Position numbers and translations under genes: made by a program. Of a stretch of 64,000 bases of DNA, positions 48,187 through 59,816 are shown in pieces (position 1 is the stretch's first letter; every line of letters begins with the position of its first letter). This DNA is from Chitinophagia bacterium (lineage in GTDB: Bacteria; Bacteroidota; Bacteroidia; Chitinophagales; Chitinophagaceae): NCBI GenBank assembly GCA_009920495.1, contig RFZW01000001.1, positions 4,191 to 68,190 on the forward strand, written 5' to 3'. A model generated the notes under the pieces. That model ran no database searches and had not been told where the DNA came from. It worked only from the letters and a program-made list of their open reading frames with translations.

Positions 48187-49566
48187 TTATTGTAATTCTT
48201 CAGCTGCGTCCTTTGCGCGGGAAGGAACTGCATCTTTAAGCATTTCATTTAAACGCTTTTGCATAAGAATAACTCTTTCCGGATATTTTAATGCCAAATT
48301 TTTTGTTTCGCTAGGGTCATCTAATAAATTAAATAGCGCAACTGATTCGTATTTATTAAACGCTTTGGTTTTTAACTGGCTAGTATCTGCAGCTAATAAA
48401 ATCAGTTTCCAGTTATCAATTCTAATAGCAGAAATAACGGGACCGCGAGTTGAAACCGTTAAAATTGCATCATGCGGCGACTTTTGATTTTGGGTAATCA
48501 TGGGCCAAACATCTTTCCCATCAACGGTGGTTGTTTGATTTATTTTACCTCCTGCTAAATTAATTAATGTTGGATACCAATCAATAATATGCATGGGTTC
48601 GGTAATGGTAGTTCCGGAGTGAACATGCCCCGGCCAATTTACAAATGCCGCTGCTTTAATACCGCCTTCGTAAACGGTTGCTTTAAAATCACGAAGTGGG
48701 GTATTATCCCCAGGAGGTGGAGCGCCATTGTCACTTGAAAAAATAATTAAGGTATTTTCCCTAAACCCCGCTTTATCTATTGTACTTACAATTTTTCCAA
48801 TGGCTTCGTCAACTGCTGATAACATACCCGCTAGTTTTTGACGATTACCTTTAAGTTGCGGGTAAAGTTTTGTGTATGCTTCAGGGACTTGGTAGGGTGC
48901 GTGAATGCCATTAAATGGGATATATAAGAACAAAGGTTTTGTAGGGTCAGTTGTTTCAATGATTTTACAAGCTTCCTTAGTTATTAAATCAGTACTATAT
49001 CCTTTTTCATTTAAGGGAATCCCATTTCGATACCAGTCCAATTGGTTATTGCGACTATGCGTAAAGTAGTCAATGCTTCCAAAATAATGACCATATTGCA
49101 AATCAAATCCACGCGCATTGGGTTGATAGGCTTTTTCAAATTCGCCTAAATGCCATTTACCTGTAATTGCGGTTTGATATCCATTCGCTTTTAATGCATC
49201 CGCTAATGTGGTTTCATTTAGGGGTAACCCCCAAGTTGCCCCTGGCGTAATAATGTTGTAAACGCCTGTGTGAGTAGGGTATCTGCCTGTTAGCAAACAA
49301 GCTCTTGTAGGAGAACAAACGGGTTGTACATAATTGTTTGCTAATATTGCGCCACTTTTTGCGAGTTGGTCTATTTGTGGCGTATAAATTTCTTTGCCTC
49401 CATTAAATCCGCATTCCCCATAGCCTAAATCATCCACTAAAATAAAAACGATATTGGGTTGTTTTAGTTTCGCTGTTTGAGCAAGGGTGTAATTGCAATA
49501 AAATAAACTGGATAATAGTAGTAACTTAATCATCCACGTCCTTTGATTTTGATTTTTGTTTTGCAT
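48187..49566 (-). CDS. Arylsulfatase B-like sulfatase
   Basis: PNIVFILVDDLG, CSPTR, GKWHLG, SSDNG. Confidence 0.92.
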   Translation of the reverse strand: MQNKNQNQRTWMIKLLLLSSLFYCNYTLAQTAKLKQPNIVFILVDDLGYGECGFNGGKEIYTPQIDQLAKSGAILANNYVQPVCSPTRACLLTGRYPTHTGVYNIITPGATWGLPLNETTLADALKANGYQTAITGKWHLGEFEKAYQPNARGFDLQYGHYFGSIDYFTHSRNNQLDWYRNGIPLNEKGYSTDLITKEACKIIETTDPTKPLFLYIPFNGIHAPYQVPEAYTKLYPQLKGNRQKLAGMLSAVDEAIGKIVSTIDKAGFRENTLIIFSSDNGAPPPGDNTPLRDFKATVYEGGIKAAAFVNWPGHVHSGTTITEPMHIIDWYPTLINLAGGKINQTTTVDGKDVWPMITQNQKSPHDAILTVSTRGPVISAIRIDNWKLILLAADTSQLKTKAFNKYESVALFNLLDDPSETKNLALKYPERVILMQKRLNEMLKDAVPSRAKDAAEELQ

Positions 49567-50889
49567 TCATAGGTGGGTATAAAATTTCAGCATGTACGCT
49601 TTCTAAATATGCCATTAATCGCGACTCAAGCGCTTTCGCTTTTTCAGGGTTTGCTTTTGATAAGTCGTTGATTTCGCCAATATCATCTTTCAAATTGTAG
49701 AGTTCTATTTTTTTTGTTTTCCAAAATTTAATCAATTTAAAATCACCCACCCTGATGGCCGAATGTGGTTGTCCATAGTAATGAAAAATAAGTTCATCAT
49801 CTTTGCGATTTAATTTTTCAGTGTTGACATTTTCAAGAACTGATTTAAAACTTGTGCCATCAATATTTTCGGCCAATGAATTTTTGTTTCCTGCTAAGTC
49901 GCTAATGGTAGGTAAAATATCCCATCCTGTGACTGGAACATTGCTTTGACTTCCCGCTTTAATACCCGGGCCAATCACCATAAATGGGACGCGTATACCG
50001 CCTTCATACAAAGTCCATTTTCCACCTCGTAAAGGGTAGCTATTGGTAGGTGTCTTAAAAGCAGAAGGGAGGTCGAATTTATTTTTTACTGGTGGAAAAA
50101 ATTCAACAGATCCATTGTCAGCCATTAAAATCACATAAGTATTATCGCCAATTTTAAGTTGCTCAATTTTATCTAATATTTTACCAATGGCGGCATCCAC
50201 ATTTTCTAACATGCCAGCAAATCCTGGATTATTGTGAATGGCACCTTTTGTTTTTGCATTAAATTTATTGATACTTGCTTGTGTTGTCTGAAAGTCAACA
50301 TGTGTTGCATAATGGGAAACTTGCATATAAAATGGATGACCTGAATTTGCTTGTCTGGTCATAAAGTTCAATGCGCGCTCTGTTCTCCGTCACTTTCGTC
50401 ATAACCCAAATCTTCGGGAAAAATATCAGCACGTAAATCCCATTTGCCATAATGGGCGGTGCGATATAAAGGAGATATTGATTTTAATAATTGGGGTATG
50501 GAAGTGACCTTGTTTTTTGATGGATCATATTTTTCCGGGAATAGGATATCACCTTGGCGTGCAGGAGTTTGTCCAAATTGTATACTTCTTCGCGTAGGGC
50601 AACATACTGCACATGGTGCATAGCCACTTGAAAATCGTATTCCTTTTGCTGCTAATTTTTCAATTTGGGGTGTTTCATAATAATCGCTTTTCGAATTTGC
50701 AATTTTCCCATCCATTAATTGGGAACTACTGGTCCACCCTAAGTCATCAATTAATATAAAAATGAAATTGGGCTTTTGTTTTTGCTTTGTATTTTGAGCA
50801 TAACTATTATTCGAAAGCATTCCGCCGATGATAATAAAAACAAGTAGGGCACAGGCGGTGCTAATTTTTTGTTGCAGCGATTTTTTCAT
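49526..50889 (-). pseudogene. Sulfatase split by an internal deletion/frameshift near 50385
   Basis: N-part PNFIFILIDDLG, CCPTR, GKW; C-part ADNG, GKWTLYEGGIRVP in another frame. Confidence 0.85.
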
Positions 50890-50921
50890 TTTACTTTTAT
50901 TTGCAATAATAGTTTGTACAA

Positions 50922-53480
50922 CTATTTATTATTTTCAATTTTTGACATCATTCTTTTCATAGCAGGGGGCATTTCGTCCAACACTTCTTTAAAAATTATT
51001 TTTCCATCTTTCTTTTCAATCAATTTGGCACTTTTTATATCAGTTCCAATGTATTTATTTTTTTCAAACATAAGCGTGCCGCTTGAAACAAAACTCAAAG
51101 TATTTTCAATATTGTTAATTTGTATATGTGCAGCTTCGTTGATATTCATGCTTGCTTTTATATGATAATTCCCAACAGTGATATCTCCATTATCAATTGA
51201 TTTGATTATTTTTTCAAAACGGCCATCTGGCTTTATTTGTATTACAGCGAGATAGCGCATTTTTTCAGCTTTTTGTTTGGATGCTGCTTTTAAATGCCAT
51301 TGGTTTACAAAGTTAAGTGTGTCACCATCTTCATTTATTTTGTTGGTCCAATTATCAACGGGTACTGAAAATTGATCTGATACATTTAATTGTATATCAC
51401 TGGAGCTGAATAAAGTTACTTGTGCTTTTGCAGTTTCATTTTCCGCAAAAACAGTTTGTGTTTTAGCATCCATGGTAAACCCATTATAATTATGTAATAG
51501 CCAACTCCACTCAGCAGCATGATCTGCTTCTAGTTCATCGTAAATTATAATAATGGAAGGACGCAACATTAGGTAATGCCTTCTAAATAATTTCATGCCA
51601 TGGTCAATTTCTTTTCCATCCACAATGCCCGAATAGGCATTTGAGGCATCACCCATTGCATATGAAATTTGTTCGCCTTGTATACTTCTTGGGATCCATC
51701 CAAATGCGCCATCGCTAAATGGTTGACCATGACCATCAATCAAAACACCATTATGTCCTTGCGTGTGTTTATACCAGCCTAAAAAATGTGGGTCGCCCAT
51801 GGCTGGTCGATAGCCTGTATTATAAAATAATCTTTTACCACCATAGGCAATATTAAATGTGTTATGGTCGGCATGTGTGTGCGACATAGGTCCAAAAGGA
51901 CTGCTGCGCAATGAAAGAAACAAATCATTTTTTGTGTCTTGCACATTCGTATGCATATAGCCAACACCTACTTCTTGGAAAAATGCATCTTGCTTAAATG
52001 ATAATGGATGTAAAGCGGTTGTTTTTTTTATACCATCGCGAATACGAAACCATCTAAATTCTGCATCATCAGCAATTTCTTTTCCTACACTTTTGGCCAC
52101 CGCATTTGCATACCAAGCTGCAGATGGATTATTTGTTAATCTTGCTAGTGCATCTGTATATCCTGCATAATTGATCCAAGGAAATTTATATCTTTCGCCA
52201 TCATTACCAAAACCATCGGAAGTGGAATTTGGTGGAAAGGAATAAATCAACCATTTTGGATTATTTTGAAACCAAGGTGCAGTCATGAAATCAACGCCAG
52301 ATAATTTTTTAAAAATAGTGGGGATCTCAATTAAGCTTAAGGCGTTCATCCCAAAATAGGCACTGCCATTAATCCATGCACCATCCTCTTCGGCCATTTT
52401 AGGTGATTGCGCAATCCAGAGTTCATATATGTATTCGATCCAATTTTCAGCGGTAGGGTGTTCTCCTTTTAATGCCAATCCAGTTTCCAATAAATTGTGC
52501 ATGATATGCTGCCACACATGCATGGAAGATGATCTTACTTCCACTTGATTCATCCATAATTTATAAAATTGATCCGCACGCGTGCTTATATTTTTTTTGA
52601 TTAAATTTCGCTCCGTTTCCGTCAATAAATCCCAAAAGCTATCCAAACCAATGGCCATGCTCGACATAATACCACCATCGGCAAAATTATTGGTATGCGA
52701 AGGACCCAGTGGATCCCAGTTAGCAACTTCTAACATCCATAATTTAGCCGCTTTGAAATATTTTACATCACCAGTGAGTATATAGGCTTGTGAAAAAATA
52801 TTTAAGCTTTCTTGAATTTTTCTTCCACTCCATTTACTTGCAAGTGATGCGATTTTATCATTTTCGAATTTGTCTTTTCCTTGGTACTTGGGTAATGCGT
52901 CTCCTTCTTTTGGAATAGGAATTGTTAAAATTTTATTCGCTTCATTGATAATTGCAATGGCTTCTTTTGTTTTACTTGCAGTTATTCTAAAATTATTTAT
53001 TTCAGATTTGTTGACTAAAATTCTAGGATGCGCAGCGGGGATATTATTTATAATTTTTTCGACCGAAACTGTAGGAAAAATTCGCGTGGAAGCATTGATA
53101 TCAAAGGAATCTACAGGGTTCCAATTTTCATGATTTATTTTATATTGCCAGTACCATTTACCTTTTGTCAATTGTTGATGTGGATTAAATAGGGCAAATG
53201 CAATTTTGTTTTTTTCGATCAATGCTTGATCAAATTTTTTTGAAGTTGAAATTCGAATACTATAGTTTGCATTTTTTTTGGAAGGCCATTGAAAACTGGG
53301 CGAATTAAATTTTGGGGATTCGCCATTGGAAGGGCTAGTTGTATTTCGGATGGTCGGGTAAATTTCTTTACCCTTCAAATTATTTATTGCAAGGTTTTGT
53401 GCAACTAATTTATTGGGTATTGCACTAGTGCCAATTAAAATAAATAGCACTTTTATTGTTTTATAAATTGCGTTGTTCAA
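50922..53480 (-). CDS. DUF4962 plus heparinase II/III-like polysaccharide lyase
   Basis: HPRIL, EDGAWINGSAY, SHTHADHNTF, HNGVLIDG. Confidence 0.8.
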   Translation of the reverse strand: MNNAIYKTIKVLFILIGTSAIPNKLVAQNLAINNLKGKEIYPTIRNTTSPSNGESPKFNSPSFQWPSKKNANYSIRISTSKKFDQALIEKNKIAFALFNPHQQLTKGKWYWQYKINHENWNPVDSFDINASTRIFPTVSVEKIINNIPAAHPRILVNKSEINNFRITASKTKEAIAIINEANKILTIPIPKEGDALPKYQGKDKFENDKIASLASKWSGRKIQESLNIFSQAYILTGDVKYFKAAKLWMLEVANWDPLGPSHTNNFADGGIMSSMAIGLDSFWDLLTETERNLIKKNISTRADQFYKLWMNQVEVRSSSMHVWQHIMHNLLETGLALKGEHPTAENWIEYIYELWIAQSPKMAEEDGAWINGSAYFGMNALSLIEIPTIFKKLSGVDFMTAPWFQNNPKWLIYSFPPNSTSDGFGNDGERYKFPWINYAGYTDALARLTNNPSAAWYANAVAKSVGKEIADDAEFRWFRIRDGIKKTTALHPLSFKQDAFFQEVGVGYMHTNVQDTKNDLFLSLRSSPFGPMSHTHADHNTFNIAYGGKRLFYNTGYRPAMGDPHFLGWYKHTQGHNGVLIDGHGQPFSDGAFGWIPRSIQGEQISYAMGDASNAYSGIVDGKEIDHGMKLFRRHYLMLRPSIIIIYDELEADHAAEWSWLLHNYNGFTMDAKTQTVFAENETAKAQVTLFSSSDIQLNVSDQFSVPVDNWTNKINEDGDTLNFVNQWHLKAASKQKAEKMRYLAVIQIKPDGRFEKIIKSIDNGDITVGNYHIKASMNINEAAHIQINNIENTLSFVSSGTLMFEKNKYIGTDIKSAKLIEKKDGKIIFKEVLDEMPPAMKRMMSKIENNK

Positions 53481-53859
53481 TTTTAAATGTTTTTTATAAG
53501 GGGGTAAGCTATCGTTTTTGGGAAATTATTGGTTTTTATTAAATTTTAATAGCGCTTTTTGACAATAAAAAAATGAATTAGATTAAAGGTACCAAATTCA
53601 AATTAAACATAATACAACTAGTTCATAAACAGTAGATTGTGTTAATCTGTCCAGCTGAAACTTAATTTTGATAAAATAGGGATCTTCAAATTTTAACAGG
53701 CGGAAAAGCCGGCTTTTCAATTTTTTTTAATTGTTAATCAATGAGTTAGCTGATTATCTTCATCGATGTTTTTTAATTATTATTTTTCAAATATTAACAT
53801 TTCTTTATTATATTTGACCTTCCATTAATAATGGGTACTAAATTTTAAAATTAACTAAC

Positions 53860-56800
53860 ATGAGAAAAATCTTGTCTAGTCTCGTTGTCGCGATGCTATT
53901 TTTTGCCATTGCGGGCCAGTCTCAAGACCTGACCATATCCGGTAGGGTTACAGATGACTGCATCTGTTGTCATTAAAACAAACAAAAACAAGGGAACTGC
54001 AGCTGACGATCAAGGTCGTTATAAGATCAGCGCAGCTAAAGGAAACGTATTAGTTTTCTCTAGTGTCGGATTTGGCACTAAGGAAGTTACTGTTGGTGCA
54101 AGCAATGTAATTAACGTTACACTTACATCTACAGGATCTAATTTATCTGAAGTCGTGGTAACAGCGATGGGTATTAGACGTTCTGATAAAGCATTAGGTT
54201 ATGCGGTATCGAAAGTAGATCCTACAACAGTTTTACAAAAATCAGAACCAGACATTTTGAAAGGTCTTGCTGGTAAAGTACCTGGTGTTGATATCAGATC
54301 AGGACAAGGTGCTCCAGGTGCGGCTAGCCGTATTCAAATTAGAGGGGTTTCCTCTTTTAATGGTGGTGAGCCTTTGATTGTTGTGGATGGTATTCCTTAT
54401 AGTAATCCAGTAGTAAATACTTCAAACCCTTTTAGTGGTGGTGGTGCTTATGGCTCTGGTTTTGGTGATATTGATCCGAATGATATTGAATCAATCAACA
54501 TCTTAAAAGGTGCTGCAGCTGCTTCATTATATGGATCAAGAGCGGCAAACGGAGTTTTATTGATTACGACTAAATCAGGAGCGCCTAGAAAAGGAAAAAA
54601 ATCTTTAAACGTTACATATAGAGCTGGTTATAGCCAAGAGTCTATTGCTGCTTTACCTGAGTTTCAAAATTCATATGGTGCTGGTGCCAACTTTAGAGTT
54701 CAAGGATCGAATGGTTCTTGGGGTGGTAAATTTGGATCTGCTAATATTTATGATGGATCAGGTAATGTGCTTCGTAGATCATCTTCAATGATTGACTCTA
54801 TTCCAGCAACTACTTGGGCTACTATGTATAACTCATATCCTGAGTTATTTCCGAACGGCATGATTGCTTACAAAGCAAATCCTAATAACGTTTCTTCTTT
54901 ATTTAATACAGGAAACTTATTTGAGAATTCAGTAGGATTAAGCGGAGGTGAAGGAAATACTTTGTTCAACGTAACTATTTCTCGTGTTGACCAAAAAGGT
55001 TATATCTCAAATACGAGTTACAAGAAAAATAATATCAGTGTCGGTGGTCAAACAAGTATTGGAAAATTAACCATAGGATCTAGTTTATCGTATGCGAGAT
55101 CAGAACAAGTGGGTGGATTCATTGGAGCTGCTCAAAGCTTCATTTCTCAGTGGGGTCGTACATTTACAATGGCTAGAAACTGGGACATCACTGGATGGCC
55201 TACTGAAAACAGAGCGGGTGCACAAATTGGTTTTAATGATGGTCAGTATACAAACCCAGTTTGGGCTGCTAAGCATAACGTAATTACATCAATTGATGAT
55301 CGTTTAGTTGCAACTTTAAGAGCTTCTTATAAGTTCAACAGTAAATTCAGAATTGATTATAACGCGGGTGTGAACAGTTACGCGCTTTACAGAGATCAAA
55401 TTATTGACAAATCTTCATTAGGAAGCAGTGATAATACTTTAGGTACTTTGACTGAAGTTATCAACAGACAACAAGAATTACAATCTACTTTGGTTGCAAT
55501 TTATACACCAAAAATTAATGATGATTGGTCTTTGGATATGAAAGTGGGTAATGATATCAACCAAAGAATGTCAAGAGCACAACAAGTAGTGGGTGTGAAT
55601 TTTGTTATCCCTGGTTTATTTAACTTAACAAATACTGCAACACAACGTTTTAGTGGTGATAACAGATCAAAAAGAAGATTGGTTGGTTTCTTCGGTGAAG
55701 CGTCATTAGATTACAGACGTTACGCTTATATCAACTTTACTGGAAGAACAGATTTAACTTCAACACTTCCTTATAAAAATGCTACTTACTTCTACCCAGG
55801 TGTATCTACTTCATTAATATGGACAGATGCATTTAAAGTGAAGAAAGGTATTATTGATTATGGTAAACTTCGTGCTGGTTTTGCGAAAGTGGGTAACGAT
55901 GCTGCACCTGGAAATGGGGAAGCGATATTTGGATTAAACTCTGCAGGTTTCCAAGGTCAATCTTTGGCTTCAAGAGGTAGTTCAAACTACGATCCAAATT
56001 TAACACCTGAGTTTACACAGGAATTAGAACTTGGTTCTGAAATGCGTTTCCTTGGTGGCCGAATTGGTTCTGAACTTACTTGGTATGATAAAAAATCAAC
56101 GAATTTGATTTACGCAATTGGTTTACCTCAAACAACTGGTTATAGTTCATTCTATACTAACTTAGGTGAGGTTCGCAATACAGGTTGGGAAGCAGCGGTT
56201 GATTTAAAAATTATCGAGAAAACAGATTTCCAATGGAATGTAAGAACCATTTTTACTAAGAATAAAAATACAGTTGAAAAATTAGTAGCTGGTTTAACAA
56301 GAGATATCATTGGTGGTTACAACTATATTGAAGCTGGTTTCCCTTATGGTTATTTAAGAGGTGGCCGTTCAGCACGTACCGATGATGGTCGATTAATCAT
56401 TAACCCAGCCAATGGTGCTCCATTTGTTGATCCAAATGCACAAATGGTGGGTGATCCAAATGCAGATTATAAAATAGGTATTACCAACAGATTTGCATAC
56501 AAAGCTTTTGAATTAAGTGTGCTTTGGGATATGACGAAAGGTGGTGATTTTTATACTGAAACCATCAACAGTATGTTAGGTCGCGGTGTTACGATGGATA
56601 CATGGGACAGAGAAAAAAATGCAGTTGTTGAAGGGGTTTACGGTAATGCAACTCCCGTGCCTGGTAAAGATGGTTTAAACCATTACGTTCCTTTGTTGGT
56701 GAATGGTCAAATGGTGCCTAACCAAACAAGAATGACAACCAATGACTTGTATTTCTCACCTTCTGGAACCGGTGCAACATTCGCTACAAATGGTGCTTTT

Positions 56801-57073
56801 GAATACTCCGTATTTGATGGTACAGTATACAGATTAAGAGAGATTGTATTAGCCTATAACGTGTCTCCTAGTTTAATAAAGAGACTAAAGTTATCTGCTG
56901 CAACACTTTCATTTAGTGGTCGTAACCTTTGGTTCTTGGCACCTAATGTACCTAAATACACACACTTCGATCCAGATATGAACTCAGTTGTTTCTGGTAC
57001 AGCGCAAGGTGTTGAAACTGGTGGTGCTCCAAGTACAAAAAGATTCGGTCTTAACTTAAACATAACTTTCTAA
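53860..57073 (+). CDS. susC: SusC/RagA TonB-dependent transporter (signal peptide out of frame; frameshift near 53955)
   Basis: ATG 53860 gives MRKILSSLVVAMLFFAIAGQSQDLTISGRVTD; body ORF 53954-57073 has LSEVVVTAMG, ILKGAAAASLYGSRAANG and a terminal F. Confidence 0.9.
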
Positions 57074-57096
57074 TCATCATCCTTAAATTTTCAACT

Positions 57097-58770
57097 ATGA
57101 GAAAGAAAATATATTATATAAAAACTTTTACCGCATTGGTAATGTTTGCGCTTGTTTTACCAAGCTGTCAAAAATTCCTTGACGTAAATAAAAATCTTAA
57201 CAGTCCAACTGCAGTTCCTGTAGCTTTGCTTTTAAGTAATGCTGAAGTGGCAATTGCCGGTAACACAGCATTAGGATCAGGACTTGGAAGTATCGCTTCA
57301 GTGTATACACACCAAACAACTGGTCGTGTGAGTGCTGACAGATACGGTGCTGGTTCTGCTGGATGGGAAGGTCTTTATGGCGCTATCAAGGATTTGGATG
57401 TAATAATTAAGCAAGGAACTGCGGAAACGCGTTATACTTATGCTGGTGTTGCTAAAATTTTGAAAGCATATGCATTCAGTGTTTTAGTTGACGTTTATGG
57501 TGATTGTCCTTTCTCTGAATTCAATAAATTTGAAGCAGGAATTAAACAACCTAAGTTTGATAAAGGTGCTGATATCTATCCGCAATTAATTAAATTGATT
57601 GACGAAGGTATTGCTGATATCAAAAACACAGCGCCAAATGCTTCTAAGCCTGCAAATGACGATTACATTTACAAAGGAAATACGACTAACTGGATTAAAG
57701 CAGCGAATACACTTAAATTAAAGTTGTATACGCAAGTTAGATTGGTACAAGATGTTAAAGCACAAGTTGCTGCTTTATTAGCTTCACCTACAACCTTAAT
57801 CAATTCACAAGCGGAAAGTTTCATGCTTCCTTACGGACCATATGGTACTACGGATGACAGACACCCTGCTTATGGTGATTATAATGCTACACAACGTGGT
57901 TCTCAGTTATTTAGCCCTTGGTTATATGAGATCATGAAAGGTAGAAACACAAATATTTTAACTGGTATCGCAGATCCTAGAATCCCATACTACATCTATA
58001 ATCAAAAGGCGGCAAATGGTACACCTGAAAACTGTACTGATTATCGTGATGGTGGTTTTATCACTATTTTATTCGGATCAAACGGTCCTTGTCGTGATGG
58101 ATCTAACAGTTCAACCTATTCCTTGTTAGGTTTATACCCTGCAGGTGGTAGATATGAAGATGGCGGTGCAAAAACTATTACTACATTAGGTGCGCTTAAT
58201 GCAGGAACTGGAGCACTTCCTCATCAGTTTATTACTTATGCTGACAGATTATATCTTGAGGCTGAGTTAATCAATGCAGGTGTTGCAACTGGAACTGAAA
58301 GAGCGGTGTTTAGTAAAGCATTAGATGAATCATTCTTACAAATGGATCATATTATCACCAACTTTATTAAGCCAGGTTCTGCAGGTGCTGCACAAGTTGT
58401 TCCTGCAATTGCAACCTTAGCTGCGACTACAACCTATAAAACTGCTGTATTAGCTGCTTTTGATTTGTCAGCTACTGCATCAAAAAGATTGGAATATATT
58501 ATGACTGAAAAATGGATCAACAGAATTGAAAATCCTGTTGATAGCTGGACAGATTACAGAAGAACAAAGTTCCCTGTATTATTCTCACCTGCACCCATTG
58601 GTACTGTTACTAGCGTAACTACTCCAGAACCAAAAACGGTTCCTGTATCTAACGATAGAGCTTACCCTTGGTCTTTACCATTCAGCACAAATGAAATATC
58701 ATTAAACTCTAGTTCACCACCACAAAAAGTACCAGAATCTTATCGTGTATTTTGGCAACCAGCTGGATAA
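57097..58770 (+). CDS. susD: SusD/RagB lipoprotein
   Basis: Lipobox PSC, LVDVYGDCPFSE, IMTEKWI, WTDYRRT; follows susC. Confidence 0.9.
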   Translation: MRKKIYYIKTFTALVMFALVLPSCQKFLDVNKNLNSPTAVPVALLLSNAEVAIAGNTALGSGLGSIASVYTHQTTGRVSADRYGAGSAGWEGLYGAIKDLDVIIKQGTAETRYTYAGVAKILKAYAFSVLVDVYGDCPFSEFNKFEAGIKQPKFDKGADIYPQLIKLIDEGIADIKNTAPNASKPANDDYIYKGNTTNWIKAANTLKLKLYTQVRLVQDVKAQVAALLASPTTLINSQAESFMLPYGPYGTTDDRHPAYGDYNATQRGSQLFSPWLYEIMKGRNTNILTGIADPRIPYYIYNQKAANGTPENCTDYRDGGFITILFGSNGPCRDGSNSSTYSLLGLYPAGGRYEDGGAKTITTLGALNAGTGALPHQFITYADRLYLEAELINAGVATGTERAVFSKALDESFLQMDHIITNFIKPGSAGAAQVVPAIATLAATTTYKTAVLAAFDLSATASKRLEYIMTEKWINRIENPVDSWTDYRRTKFPVLFSPAPIGTVTSVTTPEPKTVPVSNDRAYPWSLPFSTNEISLNSSSPPQKVPESYRVFWQPAG

Positions 58771-58814
58771 TAATTATATACTCGTTTGATATATTAAAAT
58801 AAAATTAATAGATT

Positions 58815-59702
58815 ATGAAAAATAGAAAAATAAACATATTTGTGGCCTTAACCTTAGGCCTTATGATCGCCTTCGCTGGTTGTAAGAAGGATGACGGAGG
58901 AATTAGGTCAAGTGTTGTAATCAAATCTGTTCCAGTAGTATCAACTAAAATTGAATCTACAGGATCACAGGCAATTGATTTGTTGAACCTTGCAGGGTTC
59001 TCAGGTAAATTTAAAGTAGAACTTTATTTTCCTGGTGCTACGCCTCCAGACAAAGTGGACATCGTAGTTAGAAAAAATGGTTCTAATGCCAATGTAAAAG
59101 TGGTAAAAAAGGATGTAACCACACTTCCATATTCATTAACAGTTACATCTGCTGATATTACAGCCTTATTTGGTGTTGCGGTTGCTTTGGGTGATACTTA
59201 TGATTTTGCACCTGACTTATATGTTGGTGTAAATAAATATGAAGCATTCCCAACAACAGGTACAGGAAATGGTGCTGGTGTTATTGCATATCCTTTATAT
59301 AGTGATTATGCGCGTTTCGCAGCAATTTGTGCTTACGATCCAGCAATATACGAAGGTGACTTTGTGGTTGTTTCTGATGCATTTGGTGATTTCAGCCCAG
59401 GTGAGGTTGTGAAATTTACAAAAATCAGCAATAACTCATTCTCATTCATTGACCCTTATGTAACTAGTCCTTTACCAATTATTGTTACTATTAATACATT
59501 GAATAACCAAGCGACCATTGCTAAGCAAAAAATAGGTAATCAATTTGTTTGGGCAAGTTACACAAACCCGAATGTAGCTGTTGCAGCTAGTTCAACAAGT
59601 GTTGTTGCACCATGTAGTAAAACAATCACACTTGCGATTGCTTATACAGTGGATCAAGGTTCCTTCGGTACTTATAATTTAGTATTAAAGAAGAAGCCTT
59701 AA
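58815..59702 (+). CDS. SusE-position lipoprotein of unknown function
   Basis: Lipobox FAGC; downstream of susD. Confidence 0.75.
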   Translation: MKNRKINIFVALTLGLMIAFAGCKKDDGGIRSSVVIKSVPVVSTKIESTGSQAIDLLNLAGFSGKFKVELYFPGATPPDKVDIVVRKNGSNANVKVVKKDVTTLPYSLTVTSADITALFGVAVALGDTYDFAPDLYVGVNKYEAFPTTGTGNGAGVIAYPLYSDYARFAAICAYDPAIYEGDFVVVSDAFGDFSPGEVVKFTKISNNSFSFIDPYVTSPLPIIVTINTLNNQATIAKQKIGNQFVWASYTNPNVAVAASSTSVVAPCSKTITLAIAYTVDQGSFGTYNLVLKKKP

Positions 59703-59742
59703 TGATCTTTTAGCTTAATTTACATTAAGCGTGTTCGATATT

Positions 59743-59776
59743 AAAAAAGCCTTTCCGATTTCGGAAAGGCTTTTTT
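59743..59776. terminator. Bidirectional Rho-independent terminator
   Basis: AAAAAAGCCTTTCCGA-TT-TCGGAAAGGCTTTTTT between convergent genes. Confidence 0.88.
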
Positions 59777-59816
59777 ATTTAAGTCGACACAGACTCAGAC
59801 CTGAGTTCATCAGCTT